From contig CP089280.1 of assembly GCA_023920165.1 (NCBI GenBank), positions 930,001 through 994,000 on the forward strand: a DNA stretch of 64,000 bases. The letters run 5' to 3'. Position 1 is the first letter of the stretch. Each line of letters opens with the position of its first letter. The position numbers and the translations under genes were made by a program. The stretch is from Curvularia clavata. Its lineage: Eukaryota. Shown here piece after piece: positions 1 to 12,900 of the stretch. Under the pieces are notes generated by a model. It had not been told where the DNA came from and searched no databases. It worked only from the letters and a program-made list of their open reading frames with translations.

Positions 1-347
1 TTCCCTAGCCCAATATGTATTGGGCCCGCCGAGTCCCAATAGACTTTCAAATTTTGGATCTTGGTCGCCTCGCGCTGAAGTTTGTCGAAAAGCAAGCACC
101 ATCGCTGAGGACTAGGTGCGGTGTCGACCGCGTCGACAAAAACGAGAAGGTCAGAGATCAAAGCAGCGTTGTTTGTCTCGAGCCAGGTCATAAGAGCATC
201 GGGTTCCGATACGTTGATAGTGAGAGATGGGAGGAGATCATCGGGTGCATCATTGAGGGTAGAAAGCTTATGTAAAGCAGGGTTAGTCCCCTCTCTCCAG
301 GAGTAACCTCTCGGTCTTTGGAAAAATAGGTACGGAGCGGAGTACAT
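1..347 (-). CDS. Hypothetical protein, 5' part (runs off the window edge)
   Basis: Open frame from ATG at 347 to position 1: MYSAPYLFFQRPRGYSWREGTNPALHKL...SPQRWCLLFDKLQREATKIQNLKVYWDSAGPIHIGLG. Absent from the ORF track because there is no stop inside the window. Confidence 0.65.
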   Translation of the reverse strand, partial: MYSAPYLFFQRPRGYSWREGTNPALHKLSTLNDAPDDLLPSLTINVSEPDALMTWLETNNAALISDLLVFVDAVDTAPSPQRWCLLFDKLQREATKIQNLKVYWDSAGPIHIGLG

Positions 348-1191
348 TATGGATTCAGATAATGCTACCTTTTTCTAAGAATAGGAAGAGAGAGAGAATC
401 GTTAGATGTGGGTTGATGGAAGGAAAGATTAACATGATTTTATCGATACCAGACTCACATGCCAATCCACCCTTGACATATGCGGGTGCCATGCGGCAAG
501 TCCTAATTGGTGGCGTGAAGTTTCACAGCATCTCAGCAAGCAGCTGCAAACAAGGGCATGAGGCTCGCTTAGCGCCTTCTACTTCTGCAAGACATGCGTA
601 TGGTGGCGCTCGAGGTGCGGGGGATGAGGACGACAAGTGCGCAAGGAGAGGCGGAGGGGTCCATGGCTACAGCGGCAAAGTTAATCAAGGTGGAATGTTA
701 TGTACGACATAACTTAATAGATTATCTACCAAGAAGTTGTCATTCAATAGCCCTCCATCAACCACTGCTGGTTCAACTGATTTCATACGGCACAGGTCCA
801 GACTATCGCCCAAGAAGCATGGTCTGTACGACCAGGTGCGAAGGCATCAACGCTGTGTATCTTTTGTGTCTACCGGGACGAGACCTTGCTCATGTAGGCT
901 TCGAAAGTTATTACTAGCAGACTTTAGAAGATTTATATATGCTCGGAAGCTAAGAGCCACTTAATCTTCAAGTACATACACATCGTCTGACGGCGAAGTA
1001 CGTCTCGCTACTTAGGGATGGATATTATTTTTCATTCTCAGGTATATAAAGCTGGGTATCATGATGTGAGATTGAGCCAAGAGATGGGGAAAAGGAAAAG
1101 AAAATATAAAGTACAAAGGCTCTCTCTTCCTCTAAGAAAGACCATATCTGAAAGACTAGAAAGGGAAAAAATAAATAAACAAGAAAAACCC

Positions 1192-2427
1192 CTATCGCAG
1201 CACAATGCACTTCCTAACCGGATCCCGCTGATTCCATGCATCCTCATGTATCCTCGCGATAGCCACGCGCTCCGCATGCTCGCCAACCCACTTAATCAGC
1301 ATCACATTCAACATCTTCCAAGGGCCGGCTTCAAACTGCTCCGCCGCAAAGTCATCCACAACCTCATCCCATAAGAAATGATCCTGGGACCAGATAGGCG
1401 TGCCAGACGGATGCATAGTAGTCAGACCCACCGGCCTGCGGTTCTCAGGTGAAGGCTTGCGCCAGAGGTTGCGTGAGAGCAGGATGAATTCGTAAGGGCC
1501 TGTGGAAGAGGGCTGGGAGATGGAGGACTCGTAGTCCATGATTACGCCGCAGTGTTGGTCGTCTTCGTTGATGAGGTGCGAGCAGGGTATCTCTTTACCG
1601 TCGTGTTCGAGTTGCTCGGCAGTGAAGCCCTCTGCGGAAATTGTGGCTGCGGTGAAGCGGAGAGTGTTGGAGTCGGTTTTGTAGTCTGCGCCGCGTGGAG
1701 CATGGAACCAAGGCGGGTATTTGAGGCGCAGGGAGTTTGTGCCTTTTTCTCTTCGCACAGTGTATTGATCGGATTGGGGACCAATGTGGTAGTTTACGAC
1801 CTCGGAGCGAACCCATTCGCCTTCGCTCCGAGGGGCCGTGTAGATGTCTGGGCAAGTGGAGGGGTCAAAGGGGAAGCTGACGGGGCCTTTGTAGGCGGTC
1901 CAGCTCCAGGATGGTTCGTCTGTGTTCTCTTTGCGAGTCAAGTGGCCCGCAGGACACCACAGGAGTGAGAGATCGAACACAGCTTCTGGCAGGCCGTGAA
2001 GGAACTGGCCACCGCAGTTCTTGGTCAATGATTTCGATGCTTTCGTAAATTCTTTCGAAGGATACGCTTGGCTTAGTGATGTGTTGCTGACAAGCTGGTT
2101 GTACTTCCGGAAACCATGGAACCAGTTCTCGACTTCGCTAAGGTCAATGTCTTGGGACTTGTTGCTTCCAGTGCTGACATTAGACGAGGAACGAAGTCTC
2201 TTCACAATCTCGCGTACAGAACCACGGCGACTGGAGATTGAGCGTGCTGAGCGCGACTCATCACTGTTGCTTCGTGCTGGTTCGGGCGCCAGGAAACCAT
2301 TTGCTGTTGTAGGGCTTGTCTCTTTCAGTGGTGACGTCGATCGCCGAGACAGTGGGCGACGAATCCAGGCGGGCGACAGTCTGTCGAGATTAGACGGCGT
2401 ATCGGTTGGCATGATGAGTAGCGACAT
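1192..2427 (-). CDS. Hypothetical protein resembling the region C-terminal of the HET domain in fungal HET proteins
   Basis: 411-aa intronless ORF. Ser/Arg-rich N-terminus, then GLPEAVFDLSLLWCP..LTRK...PSWSW and a terminal LNVMLIKW....AERVAIARIHEDAW, both typical of HET-protein C-terminal halves. Confidence 0.7.
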   Translation of the reverse strand: MSLLIMPTDTPSNLDRLSPAWIRRPLSRRSTSPLKETSPTTANGFLAPEPARSNSDESRSARSISSRRGSVREIVKRLRSSSNVSTGSNKSQDIDLSEVENWFHGFRKYNQLVSNTSLSQAYPSKEFTKASKSLTKNCGGQFLHGLPEAVFDLSLLWCPAGHLTRKENTDEPSWSWTAYKGPVSFPFDPSTCPDIYTAPRSEGEWVRSEVVNYHIGPQSDQYTVRREKGTNSLRLKYPPWFHAPRGADYKTDSNTLRFTAATISAEGFTAEQLEHDGKEIPCSHLINEDDQHCGVIMDYESSISQPSSTGPYEFILLSRNLWRKPSPENRRPVGLTTMHPSGTPIWSQDHFLWDEVVDDFAAEQFEAGPWKMLNVMLIKWVGEHAERVAIARIHEDAWNQRDPVRKCIVLR

Positions 2428-3280
2428 GGAGAGCAGGTCGGGAAAGTTATGGGGCGTCTGATCTAGAGTCGTGTGTCGTCAAGACAGTTTTGCCAAGGCG
2501 GTGAGAGGCACGTCTACAATGAGAAAATCAATCTTTTGGTAGCGAACAAGTCAGACTTCAAACTCTGCACAGTGACCGCATCTCCTTTTGTGAATCAACT
2601 CTCCTTATCAATCTTGCCACTGTGTGAAAAGGCTGCGCCCCTTACGACAGCGTGTTTGAAGGGCATGGGTGACGACTGCGCGGACACTAGGAGGCTGTGC
2701 ACGATCTGGATCAAATGGGCTCCACCCAATCACTAGCACCGACTTCACGCCAGCCGCCCGATATTGTGTAGTTGCAGGCGGTTGCCATTGCACTGCAGGG
2801 CCAAGATATGCTTATCGGTTACAAGCTTCATAGTTTTTTGCAATATTAATATGAAGATGGTGACGCTCAGCTGGCTGCTCAGGGTACAGGTGGCAGCGAA
2901 GGTTATGTCGGGCACGCTATTGTTGTTGAGTAAAAACTGGCTGCGGATCGCCACCAAATCTCTTTCTCCAGGGTCGCCGAGACATGGTTTCGGTCGGGAT
3001 GTGAAAACGGCTGTTGGGGAGATGTTACGCCCCGTGTTACGGAGGAGGCAGTACCAAACTGGAGACAAAGGACAAGACTCGGGGCGGAGGTGTATCGGGT
3101 CATGCGCCACGCCTACCATGCGCCACAGTTGCACTGCGCCACATTTTGCGGGGTGCCTGCTCCATGCTCGCGTCGGAGGCACCGATCGTGACGCGTTTGC
3201 TTTGGGTAGCTTCATAAGTTCAGCTAGCAAGCATACCGGCCAGAACTCTATACCCATCCTAATTGGAATTCATTGCCACC

Positions 3281-3977
3281 ATGTCTGGCTACGAGGGCAA
3301 GTCCGCTCGACCGTAGGCGCAGTCCGAAGAATAACCATAGGCAGTTGAACACAACATACCCACCAAGGATGACAAGCCGCAACAGCCCTCGCGCCGGCCG
3401 GACCTGTCCACTTTCTTTTCCCAGCTCGAGCTTGTAGACACGTCAGATCCGCAATCGCACACAAACCCCAATGCTCTCCCGCAGCCTGAGAACATGGCGG
3501 CGGCGTTCCGCCTGCTTGCCAACGCCTTCGAGATGATGCGCGGACGACCGGCGGACGAGGGCAATTCAGACGGCGACTTATTGGCTTCGATGGTGGAATA
3601 CCTTCGATCGAACGCTGACGATCCGCCCACGGAACTCAAAGGCGTACCGGACAGCTTCTTTGACGAGTTGGAGAGAGTGCCCAAGGAAGCACTCAAGCCT
3701 TCAGACACATGTCCGATATGTGTCAACCCGTTTCTTGACGGTAGGCTGCGCACCACAAGAGCAAAGAGAGCCCGGCTGACCTCGCGCAGACAAGTACCCA
3801 CTCGTGGTCCAGCTGCCATGCCACGACGACCACCGCTTTGACCTGGACTGCATACGTCCGTGGCTCAAGTTGAACTCGACATGTCCTCTCGATCGCAAAG
3901 AACTCCTGAAGAAAAAGCAACCTCCGCCGCCGCCCGTCGAGGATGACGAAGAAGAGTACGATGACATGTATGCCTGA
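3281..3977 (+). CDS. RING-H2-type zinc finger protein (YBR062C-like putative E3 ligase)
   Basis: Exons 3281-3296, 3345-3740, 3790-3977. Intron 1 is GC-AG (gcaagt..gcag), intron 2 is GT-AG. Product MSGYEVEHNIP..RRPDLSTFFSQL..CPIC..LPCHDDHRFDLDCIRPWLKLNSTCPLDR..DDMYA. Confidence 0.9.
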
Positions 3978-5497
3978 ACTGGTCAGCACATAAACTGCAT
4001 TGCATCGGAGTTAGGGCTTCACGCGGATGGTGGAGTGCAAGTGCTGACCACGCCGACAAAAACGCGTATACCCACGGAACTCCGTCAGCGTTTGGGCTTC
4101 CAAAAAAAAAAGCGTTGAGTATTCTCAACTATCCGAAAAAACACGGCCGTTGTGCACGATCTCTCTACCTCTCCATGCGCCGATGATTATGTGAAACCTC
4201 ATTCGTTGCTGCTCATGCTCACTATTGGGTTGTTTATTCGCTACATAATCTTGCTACCTTTTTTAAAAGGGCTGGACTGTTATGAGCTTTTCACTTCTAT
4301 TCGTCCTGAGACTGTTCGACTTAACCATTGTGCTCAACGAAGTTACAAGTGTCATGAAATTTTCCAGTGGGATTGGCTATATGTTCGGCCACATCCGGTC
4401 GGGTCATTTACGTGAGCTCGTATCTATTGGAAATCACAGTCTGTAATTCAGGCTTCCCTTTGCCACAAACACAGTTAGCTGTCTCTCGGTTCCTGTCGCA
4501 AGTATCGAGTTGAACGCCTTGTGCGACAATACGGCTCGATCCATCTTGGTTCCCCGCACGTAACCTTTGACCGTCGGGGGGTTTGTTTTACCCATGTTCG
4601 GCCATGCTGCCCAGTCTATGCAGATGCCGGGGTGGCGTCGTATACCATATCGACGTTGGGTACTAGTATCTTTCTACTTTGTACGATCGATCTCTCCAGG
4701 CATTATCCGTCCGGCTGCAATTTAGCTGTCTGTTATATACGTGCGGTGGCTGCAGACGGACCTGCGACTGTTGTCAGAGTATCACGTGAAGTATTAGAAA
4801 TGCACCCTCGCATCGCCATCAAGTTTCTGTTCGGGCGCCGGATGTCGGAACGAGGTGATTACCGATGCGACAGATCACCTCTGCAGCGCCAGATGCGGAG
4901 GACACGCCCCTCCACCAGCAGTAAGTCCGGGTAGCTTAGTCCCGAATGACGACGTCCTGTAAGCGAAGCTCACAACAACTTACTTCTGCTTTGCCGATGT
5001 TGCGCGTGCATTTGCCTTGTGCACTTGGACCTAGCGGAGATACGGCGTTTAAGCACTGGCCGCTTCATAATTATTCATTCCGTCGGAGCGTCCTTTGCGT
5101 CACTGTCTCAGTAATCCAGGGCACTCCTTTTTTTTCTTTGGAAACGTTCATCCGGTCTGGTAGCCAGGTACCAAGAAAAGCCGAGAGCTGCAAGAACGAA
5201 TAGTAAAGAGTGAACGACTTGTGTGCAGAAGCAGAAGCGCTAATCATACGCCGGGAACCAAAAAAGGACCGCATGGGTATGCCGTGGTAACGTGGAGTAA
5301 ATCTCGGCCCTGACCTTAACTGCGGACGAATTGCGGTCGGCACCCCAATTGTCAGCTCCACATGCGCCGTTGCCATCGCATTACGCGCGCCCCGCTATGA
5401 AAGTACGGCCGCACCCTTTGCAATACAATGTGTCGGCAGATCAGAGTCTCATGTTTTAGTGTGCGACCACAGATCTTTAATGGTTTGTCAAGTCACT

Positions 5498-7604
5498 ATG
5501 GACCTGCCCAACAACACGAGCAATCACGCTAAGAAGAGAATATCCAAAAGCCCCCATCGATCCTGTTGGCAATGTAGGAGAACAACTCGTCTGATGTCTT
5601 GGGGCTGCGCGCTGATTTACCGTAGGCAAGAAGCGCAGGATTCACGGAAATGTAGTTCAAAAGAGTGTGACCTCTCTGAGTAGCTTAGACCAAACCATGA
5701 CGGTCCCTGCAGGAGAGGAGGAACACACGTGCTCGGTGCATATGGCAGAAAGGCTGAGCAAGCTCGAACAGCTCTTTGAGCGATTTGTGTGTCGCAAGAA
5801 CTCGACCAGCTGCGCATCGAATGGCATGCCACAAAGCCCTCCTTTGACGGCACCAGGCTCTCATGAGAGGACCAGCAAGTGGTGTAAATCAGAGTCAATG
5901 AGCGATACTCCGAATGCAACTTCGATAGGTGATGGAATTGTAAGCTTCACTGTGCTTTGCCGGTATATTCACCCACTGACAATACAGCTTGGTGCACAAA
6001 CATGGACTTCAGCGCCCTCGATACGTACGCTCGTGGACAAACAGGAGAGTAAAGCGCAGTCAGAGGGACATGAAAACGACCCCGCCCACAAGTGTTTGGT
6101 GGCCATGTTGCCATCACAGCACGACGCAGATGTTGTGTTTGAGTCGTCCAACGGTTGGATGATTCTCGACGGCATTTATCGAGCCTCGAAAGACATCTAT
6201 GTCCACCAAGACATACAATCATACGCCCTTGACATGCAAGCTGTTGCCCAAGAAAGAACAATCATTGTCGCTCGCACGCTTCTGCACTTGGCCATCTGTA
6301 TCAACGCACTACCACCAGATTTCGACATGTCGCGCCTTTCGAGCATACGAGACTTGGATGGAACCATGAAGAACTATGTTGCAATTGTCACTTCCATGGT
6401 TGCTTCGTCCGACGAACAGATGATGACACTCCATGGGCTCGAGACACTGCTGCTCCTTGCATTCTACCACGTAAACAATGGGTCACTGAGGCACTCATGG
6501 CTCGTGGTCCGGCGCGGTCTTAACCTGGCTCACCTTATGGGCTTCCAGCGTATTGTGTCTCATGGAAACTGTAAGCCAAACATTCCGACACTGTGCAACG
6601 CCAGGGGCATATGGCGCACCTTTGTTGACCTGGACCGGTATCTGAGTTTGTATCTTCGGCTTCCTTTTGGCGCAGAAGGTTACCCGCTGCCGCCAGACGC
6701 TGACCAGCACCTAATACACCGTTCGAGGATCAACGAGATAAGCCGACAAGTGGCTGAGCTTGATCGCGAAGTCTCGCCGCAGGGATACTCGGCAGCGCTC
6801 AAACTGGACGAGCGACTGGAGTCGTATATGCGAGAACTGCCAAAGGAATTTTGGGAGATACCCAACGTACCGTCTACAGCGAGGTCACCGGAATCTTTGG
6901 CAGCACTGGACCGGCTGATTGTGCAGGTACTTCACTTTGAGACGAAGATCTTCATCCACTTGCCCTACCTACTCCGAGCCCACCACGACGGCCGGTACGA
7001 CTACTCAAAGGTCACGGCACTGCACGCTAGTCGGAACGTCTTGATGAGGTGGTTTGCGCTTCGTAACGCCAACATCACGCAGGCCTGTTGTCGGGTTGCC
7101 GAGACGGCAGTGTTCATTGCCGCCGTGACGCTCGTACTGGACATTGTGATTGAGCTTGGCTCAAAGGATAAGATGGAGGTGCAAAAGACAAAGGGAGCTG
7201 ATTTCGCCATGGTCTGTCGACTGATTGGCGAGATGGAGAAGCTGGCCAGGACAAGCACGCGCGAGAAGACGGCGGCTCGTAGCGCCATGGCGCTCAAGAA
7301 GATACTGACCTCACTGGATCCGAGCAAACAGGCGGCAGGCAAAACACGACACACGATACCATTTTTTGGAACGGTAGAGATGGAGTTCCAGAAACTGCCT
7401 GTGCGAACAGGGTTTGACGTTGACTCTGACGCGGGCAAGCTGATGGATACGACTGCATCTGCACACCGTCTACCCGTGTTTTCGTTTACGAACAATTCAC
7501 TCTGGCCACAGCCAGAGGGGGATTCGGCGTCGGAGCTCGACTGGGACATTATTGTGTTTGACGGTCTAGAAGATCGAGACACGCAGGGCAACTGGGTATT
7601 CTGA
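5498..7604 (+). CDS. Fungal-specific transcription factor (middle homology region) with a truncated Zn2Cys6-like N-terminus
   Basis: ATG 5498, intron 5574-5625, probable in-frame intron 5940-5987. N-terminus SCWQCKKRRI, coiled-coil ERLSKLEQLFE, and LETLLLLAFYH..SWLVVRRGLNLAHLMG..IWRTFVDLDRYLSLYLRLPFG. Confidence 0.8.
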
Positions 7605-8590
7605 AGGTGGATTTACAGGTGCCAGCGGGCACTACCGAGCGGGGCGAGGACATGGCATCAGCCTGACTCGGTCAAAGGAGCAGGTGATTATCTGACGTCG
7701 ACGCCGACTCAGTGCCACTTCATCGTGCGCCAGGTTTGGGTAATTGTGGCAGCATTTTCTGGAGTCTTTTGTTTTTGATAGGATTACGGGCCGGGCGTGG
7801 CTCATGTGGATGGCTCGGCGCAAGGACGGTGGCCTGGTTCGTGTCTGTGACTTGGCGTTTTCCATTTTTGTGTCTATGGAGCGTTTTGTGCTTATCTTCG
7901 GAGTGGGTTTATTTATTTTTTGTTTGACATTGGCGGCATGTTCACATAGGGCCCTAGTGGCGGGCCATGATGATGGCGGGTTAGAAGGGCAACCTGTATC
8001 CTTGCGACAATCGAAACACGTAGTAATCTGAGAAGAAAAGGATACTCCACAAAACGAGCAACGTGCACTAGGCCAATTACATGGCCAGACACACGGTGTT
8101 GAGCTGGCAGCCGGTCGAGTGGAGCGGCAAGGCTGCAGGCGAGCGTAGGGGTAGCACTGCAATGTGCCGCTGGCTGATAGGCTAGCGCCGCCGGCGCCCC
8201 CCAGCGACAGGCCATGTACCAGAAGACGTTGGCTTGGCGCACCTGTAGAGTGCATTTCCGGTAGTGAATTGGAGACGGCGGGAGGCGATGGTCAGGTCTG
8301 TCGACGGCTGAATGGGCCAAGGCTGCGTCGCCGGCCGTCTGGTGAGATAATGCGCACGATCGCCCGGAGCGACAGGCGGATCGCCTTCCTCCTTGGCCCG
8401 TGAACCCTGGCTGGACGTCTGGCGTCTGGCTACTGACTGACTGACCCACGCCCAGCCAACGCCTCTCTCACACGACCACTTTCGCTTGCGCGACACGATC
8501 CCACGCGTTGCGCCTGTGCATGCCACTCCTATCCCACGACCAGGAGTGTCTCTGTCTGCCCATCTGAATCCCCTCGCTGCCGGCTCCGCC

Positions 8591-11500
8591 ATGGCCACGC
8601 AGCAGCAGCACCAGTATACCCTCTGGTCCTGCGACGCCCGCCATGCCACCACTCCACCGCCCTCGCAACTCGACACATCGACGGCAATGGCCCACGCCGC
8701 CCCAACCCAGGCCTCGCTGAGTCTCTTCGAGTCCATCATCACCGCATACCCCCCGATCCTCGAGTCACTGCTCGCCCAGATCTCCACCGCCTCCCTCCTC
8801 CAACTCTACCACACCTCGCGTCATCTGCGCGACTTTCTCCGCCAGTACCCCCTCGCATGGAGGACACTGTCTTTCCGCCTGCCCCAGCCCGCTGTCGCCG
8901 TTGGATCCCCGGGCAACGAGACGCCCGACAACCGGGAGCGCCAATCCAAGGCCTACTCTTTTGACGCCCTGCTCAAGCAGATCATATCGCCAAATGGCAC
9001 ACGGCTAACCAGTCTAGACCTCTGCAACACGGCCGTCACAGGCATAGCCCTTGTGGGAAGCGTGCTCGGCCCCCGCATCGATACCCTTCAACATCTGTCC
9101 GTAAGGGGCTGCAAGAACGTCTCCATCAAATACCATATTGTCCCATTCCTGGAACCGTATACCCTCAAGGACGCACCCTGGATTCAAAAGGATCTTGCTC
9201 TGAAAAGTCTCTACACCTACCGCTGTCGACACCACCGACGGCGTCCCTACCTCCCTTCCTCTCTCATCCGGAGAGACTCCGACTCCGACCCCACCCACCA
9301 GCTCATCGAGATATGCCACCAGCTAGGGATATGGACAGACACAGCATGGTGTCCGAGCCCCGGTGGCAGGTGCTTTCGGCGGAAAGACTACCATGCCGGA
9401 AGGGCAGGGCCACTGAACATGGAGGTCTGGGTACCGTTTGATAGGCTCTGGAGATCAAGCAACCGGATAGGGCCTGTCGATGGGACCAAGAAACTGGGCG
9501 ACCACGATGGCCGGTTATGGGAAATCGACGAGACGGGCCAGGATGGCGAACCACTCGGACCTGAGAACAGCAACTTTGCAGGAGAAGGCAAGCATGTTCC
9601 AGTCCATGAGCGAAGCAGCCACACGGCTTTTGTCAAGGACGTCAAGTGCTCCCAGTGCGATGATATCATTCTGGAGCGGTGCGAGTCGTGCAGTGTCCGC
9701 ATGCACTGTATGGGCTGCCGCAAGACGCTGTGTGCGAGCTGCGCCTTCAACAGGCCCATACCGAAGAAACGTGCAAAGACACGGCATTTTGCAAACTTGG
9801 CGTTCGGAAACACCGGCACTCTGGGCACGCTTGGGCAGGCTTCTGGATCCACATCCCAAGAGGAACGGAATCAGGAAGAGAAGGCTGACCGGAATCGTTT
9901 TTGGTGGGCACCGGGGGCAACCCGATCGCCCAACTTGATGAACGAGAGCGCACATGACGATGACTCTTCCGATTCAGAGGATGGTGGAAATATGAACAAT
10001 GGAATCCCCGTACCGCCTACGAACCGCGAACCCCCAAAGCTGAATATGCACTGGTGTTGTCTGGAGCCGATATTCTCTGGCGGTGGAGGTATTGCTGTTT
10101 TAGGTACTGGGCTGGGTGGGAGAGGGGCAGACAAGATACGTGCGGCCCCGCTGCCACGCAAGAAGGAGTTCGAGGATCCCGATTTCAGCAACACTCTCCG
10201 ACCAGTCGACTATATCCGGGAGTTGAAGAACAATGGTCTCTACGAATACGTCCTTGGTGAGGACGTTGACATACTCTCATATCTCAAGCAAGACTCGCTG
10301 GACCTGCAGCAGCAAACATGCCCGAGGGGGTTGTGCAATGATTGCTATAGGAGCTTCAGATGGAAGGTCTCGTGTCGCGCTTGCAAGAGCCCCATCTGCA
10401 AAGAACACGACTTCCGAGCACTGAAGGTTCGCAAGTGTGGCTACCGGGAACTCCATACAGAGCGAGAGCATGTTCGATCACACAATGAGCCACCACAACG
10501 CTTGGTTATCCCCGAGTTTAATCCAAACCGGACGAGCACGCCAGACCCCGAGCGCACGCCAACGGCATCTTCGGCGAATATTGACTCCTATTCCAACGGG
10601 GACAACGAGTCTGAATCTTCCGAGACGCCAATGTCACAATCACAGGTTCTGGTTGCTCCCCAGCAGCACCCCGCCATCGATATGTCCGCCACACCCTCGT
10701 TCAACTCCATGTCAACTCCAGATCCATTCCCAGTTTCCTCCTCGTTGTCTTTTGTTCCTGTCAGCTCAGCCCGTCCACGATCACTCAGTGTTTCTGGTGT
10801 CAGGGGAAGGTCTACGAGCCCTTGGCTACAAAACTCGCCACGAGTGCCTGTAAACCACCCCGTTACTAATCCGCTTCCGTTACCCTGCAACCCACGCCAT
10901 CCCGTTCAGTGGGAAGGCTGTGGAGCCTACTTTTGCCAATACCCGAGGCCGGTCGGAGATAGCAGACCGCAGTGCCCTGCAATCCTAAAGGAGTGCTCCG
11001 AGTGTGCAGTCCTTGTTTGCGATGTCAGTCCCCTCTCCATACGAAATAATTCAATGCTGACCCGATTTAGCAATGCTCCGCATCGACCCCGTCTTGCACA
11101 TGTACATTCTGCACCGTCAACTACCACTGCCCAGCATGCGCACGAAAAGCCAGTGTCCGGGCAAAGTGCCGCCTGGAAGCCGAGATTCTGGCTAAGAAAG
11201 AGGCGGAGCAGCGGGCGATGGCTAAGCAGAAGAAAGACAAAGAGGAGCGCGGACATGCTGATGAGCTTGCTGGAGCCATGTATGAGTTCTTTTCCGGAGT
11301 GTACCACGCCGATCCCATCCCGAGTCCCGACTCTATCACGGTAACGACAGTATTTGGTGTTATGGAGGAGCCAGCGCATTTCACCAGCATCACTGCATCC
11401 GGCCCCTCGCCCTTTTATACCGCATATGACCATTCCGACGATGAGGAGAACAACGTGGAGATGACTGAGCATCTGAATGAGAACATCGAGGCACTGCAGC

Positions 11501-11778
11501 AAGAGCTGGCACAGATGCACGTTTCGCAGAACACATATGCTGAAGGCATGAGTGCCCACATTACGCACTTTCCAGTAGAGCTCGAGCCGGAGCATGTGCA
11601 TGATGAAGAGGGAGTGGAAGAAGTCGAAGAGCTGCACGACACTGGAGAGGAGGCAGATATCGACACGGACGACTTCGACGCAGGCGCTGAGAGCACCTTT
11701 GTTGAAGATTTTGAAGATGACGACGATACCATGGGCGGCGGCGTCCTGACCCCTACCACGACCACCGTTGCAGCCTAA
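8591..11778 (+). CDS. Large Cys-rich protein with F-box-like/LRR-like N-terminus and acidic C-terminus
   Basis: The 952-aa ORF joins the 11218-11778 frame through intron 11024-11070 (gtcagt..gctgac..ttag). Contains YPPILESLLAQI..LLQLYHTSRHLR, LTSLDL..LQHLSVRGCKNVS and several CxxC clusters. Start uncertain (8591 or 8687). Confidence 0.8.
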
Positions 11779-12900
11779 GGACACGACGCATAGTGCGTGG
11801 CGTCTCAACACTACGTTACGCATACATCGGAACGAATACCCCGTCTCACACAGGCGAAGGTGGAACAGGCGTTAGCATCGGAGAAGAGACGGCACAAAAA
11901 AATTGGACTTGTCCTTCATCCCCATTTTCGCACAACGAGAATCGGCGTCCTTGTTTTCCTTTTGTACCAACAAACCACACACTACGGGATGAGACGCAGC
12001 GTGAGGAGAAGGCAAAGTGGACAACATCTACTAAATCGTTTTTTTCTTCTTCTTTATTTACTCAAGCATTTCATCTCTCTCTCTCTTTTTCTTGTTTCGG
12101 GAAAGGCTGGGTGTGGCAAAGGCAAAGGCGGATATGGAGTGGGCATCTCAAATACATGTGATACCCATATGGGAACTGTCATTTCTTTTTTCTTTTATCA
12201 AGGGCGAATTCGGTGGCGACGACGATGAAGGGAGGGAACATTTTCAAAAATTAGGAAGCGGAGGGAAATGCGTGCGTCTTTTTTTTTGCTTTTTTGTTTT
12301 GCTAAGCCGATATGTTTTCCCATACTGTTGTTTGTTTTGTCTAGGCATTTGAAGCGTTTTTCTTCTTCTCTCTTTGCTGTCTCTTTAAATTCGGTCTTCT
12401 GTGTTCCTTTCAGTCTGTTAAATGTTTCCAAGTCATCGTTAGAGTTTGTACCGCTTTTTTTCTTTTCGAATTTCCGATTATAGATTGGGTATGTAACATG
12501 TGGTGTTTTCTCGTTGGGAAATGCATCGAATTGGAACTGTTTTGCATTTAACACGTTTGGATTCTGTGTGTTTGAATGCGATTTAGTGATTGATTGCTGT
12601 GAGGTTTTATGTCTCTCTGCTTGCGCGAAATGGTTGTCGAGGGCAGAGGGGTGGCTTGGTTTGGACTTTGCGTGTCACGTTGCTTGTAAACTTGAGAGAG
12701 GAGGAAAGGGAAATTGTCTCATTATTATTGAAGAAGAGAGAAGATTAAATTGTTTCCACCATTTGCAAAATCTCTTCTTCTTCGGCTTACTCACTCTCAA
12801 CTCCATGCCTTTGTAACCCCGAAGAACAGAATGAAAGTATTTGGAAAGAAATGAACACATGGCCGTATATTCATCCCAGAAAACTAGTGCCTCAAACCAC

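Noticed and set aside
8486..8590. ORF-track start of the 952-aa ORF
   Set aside because: Non-ATG (TTG) start; the first good-context ATG is at 8591.
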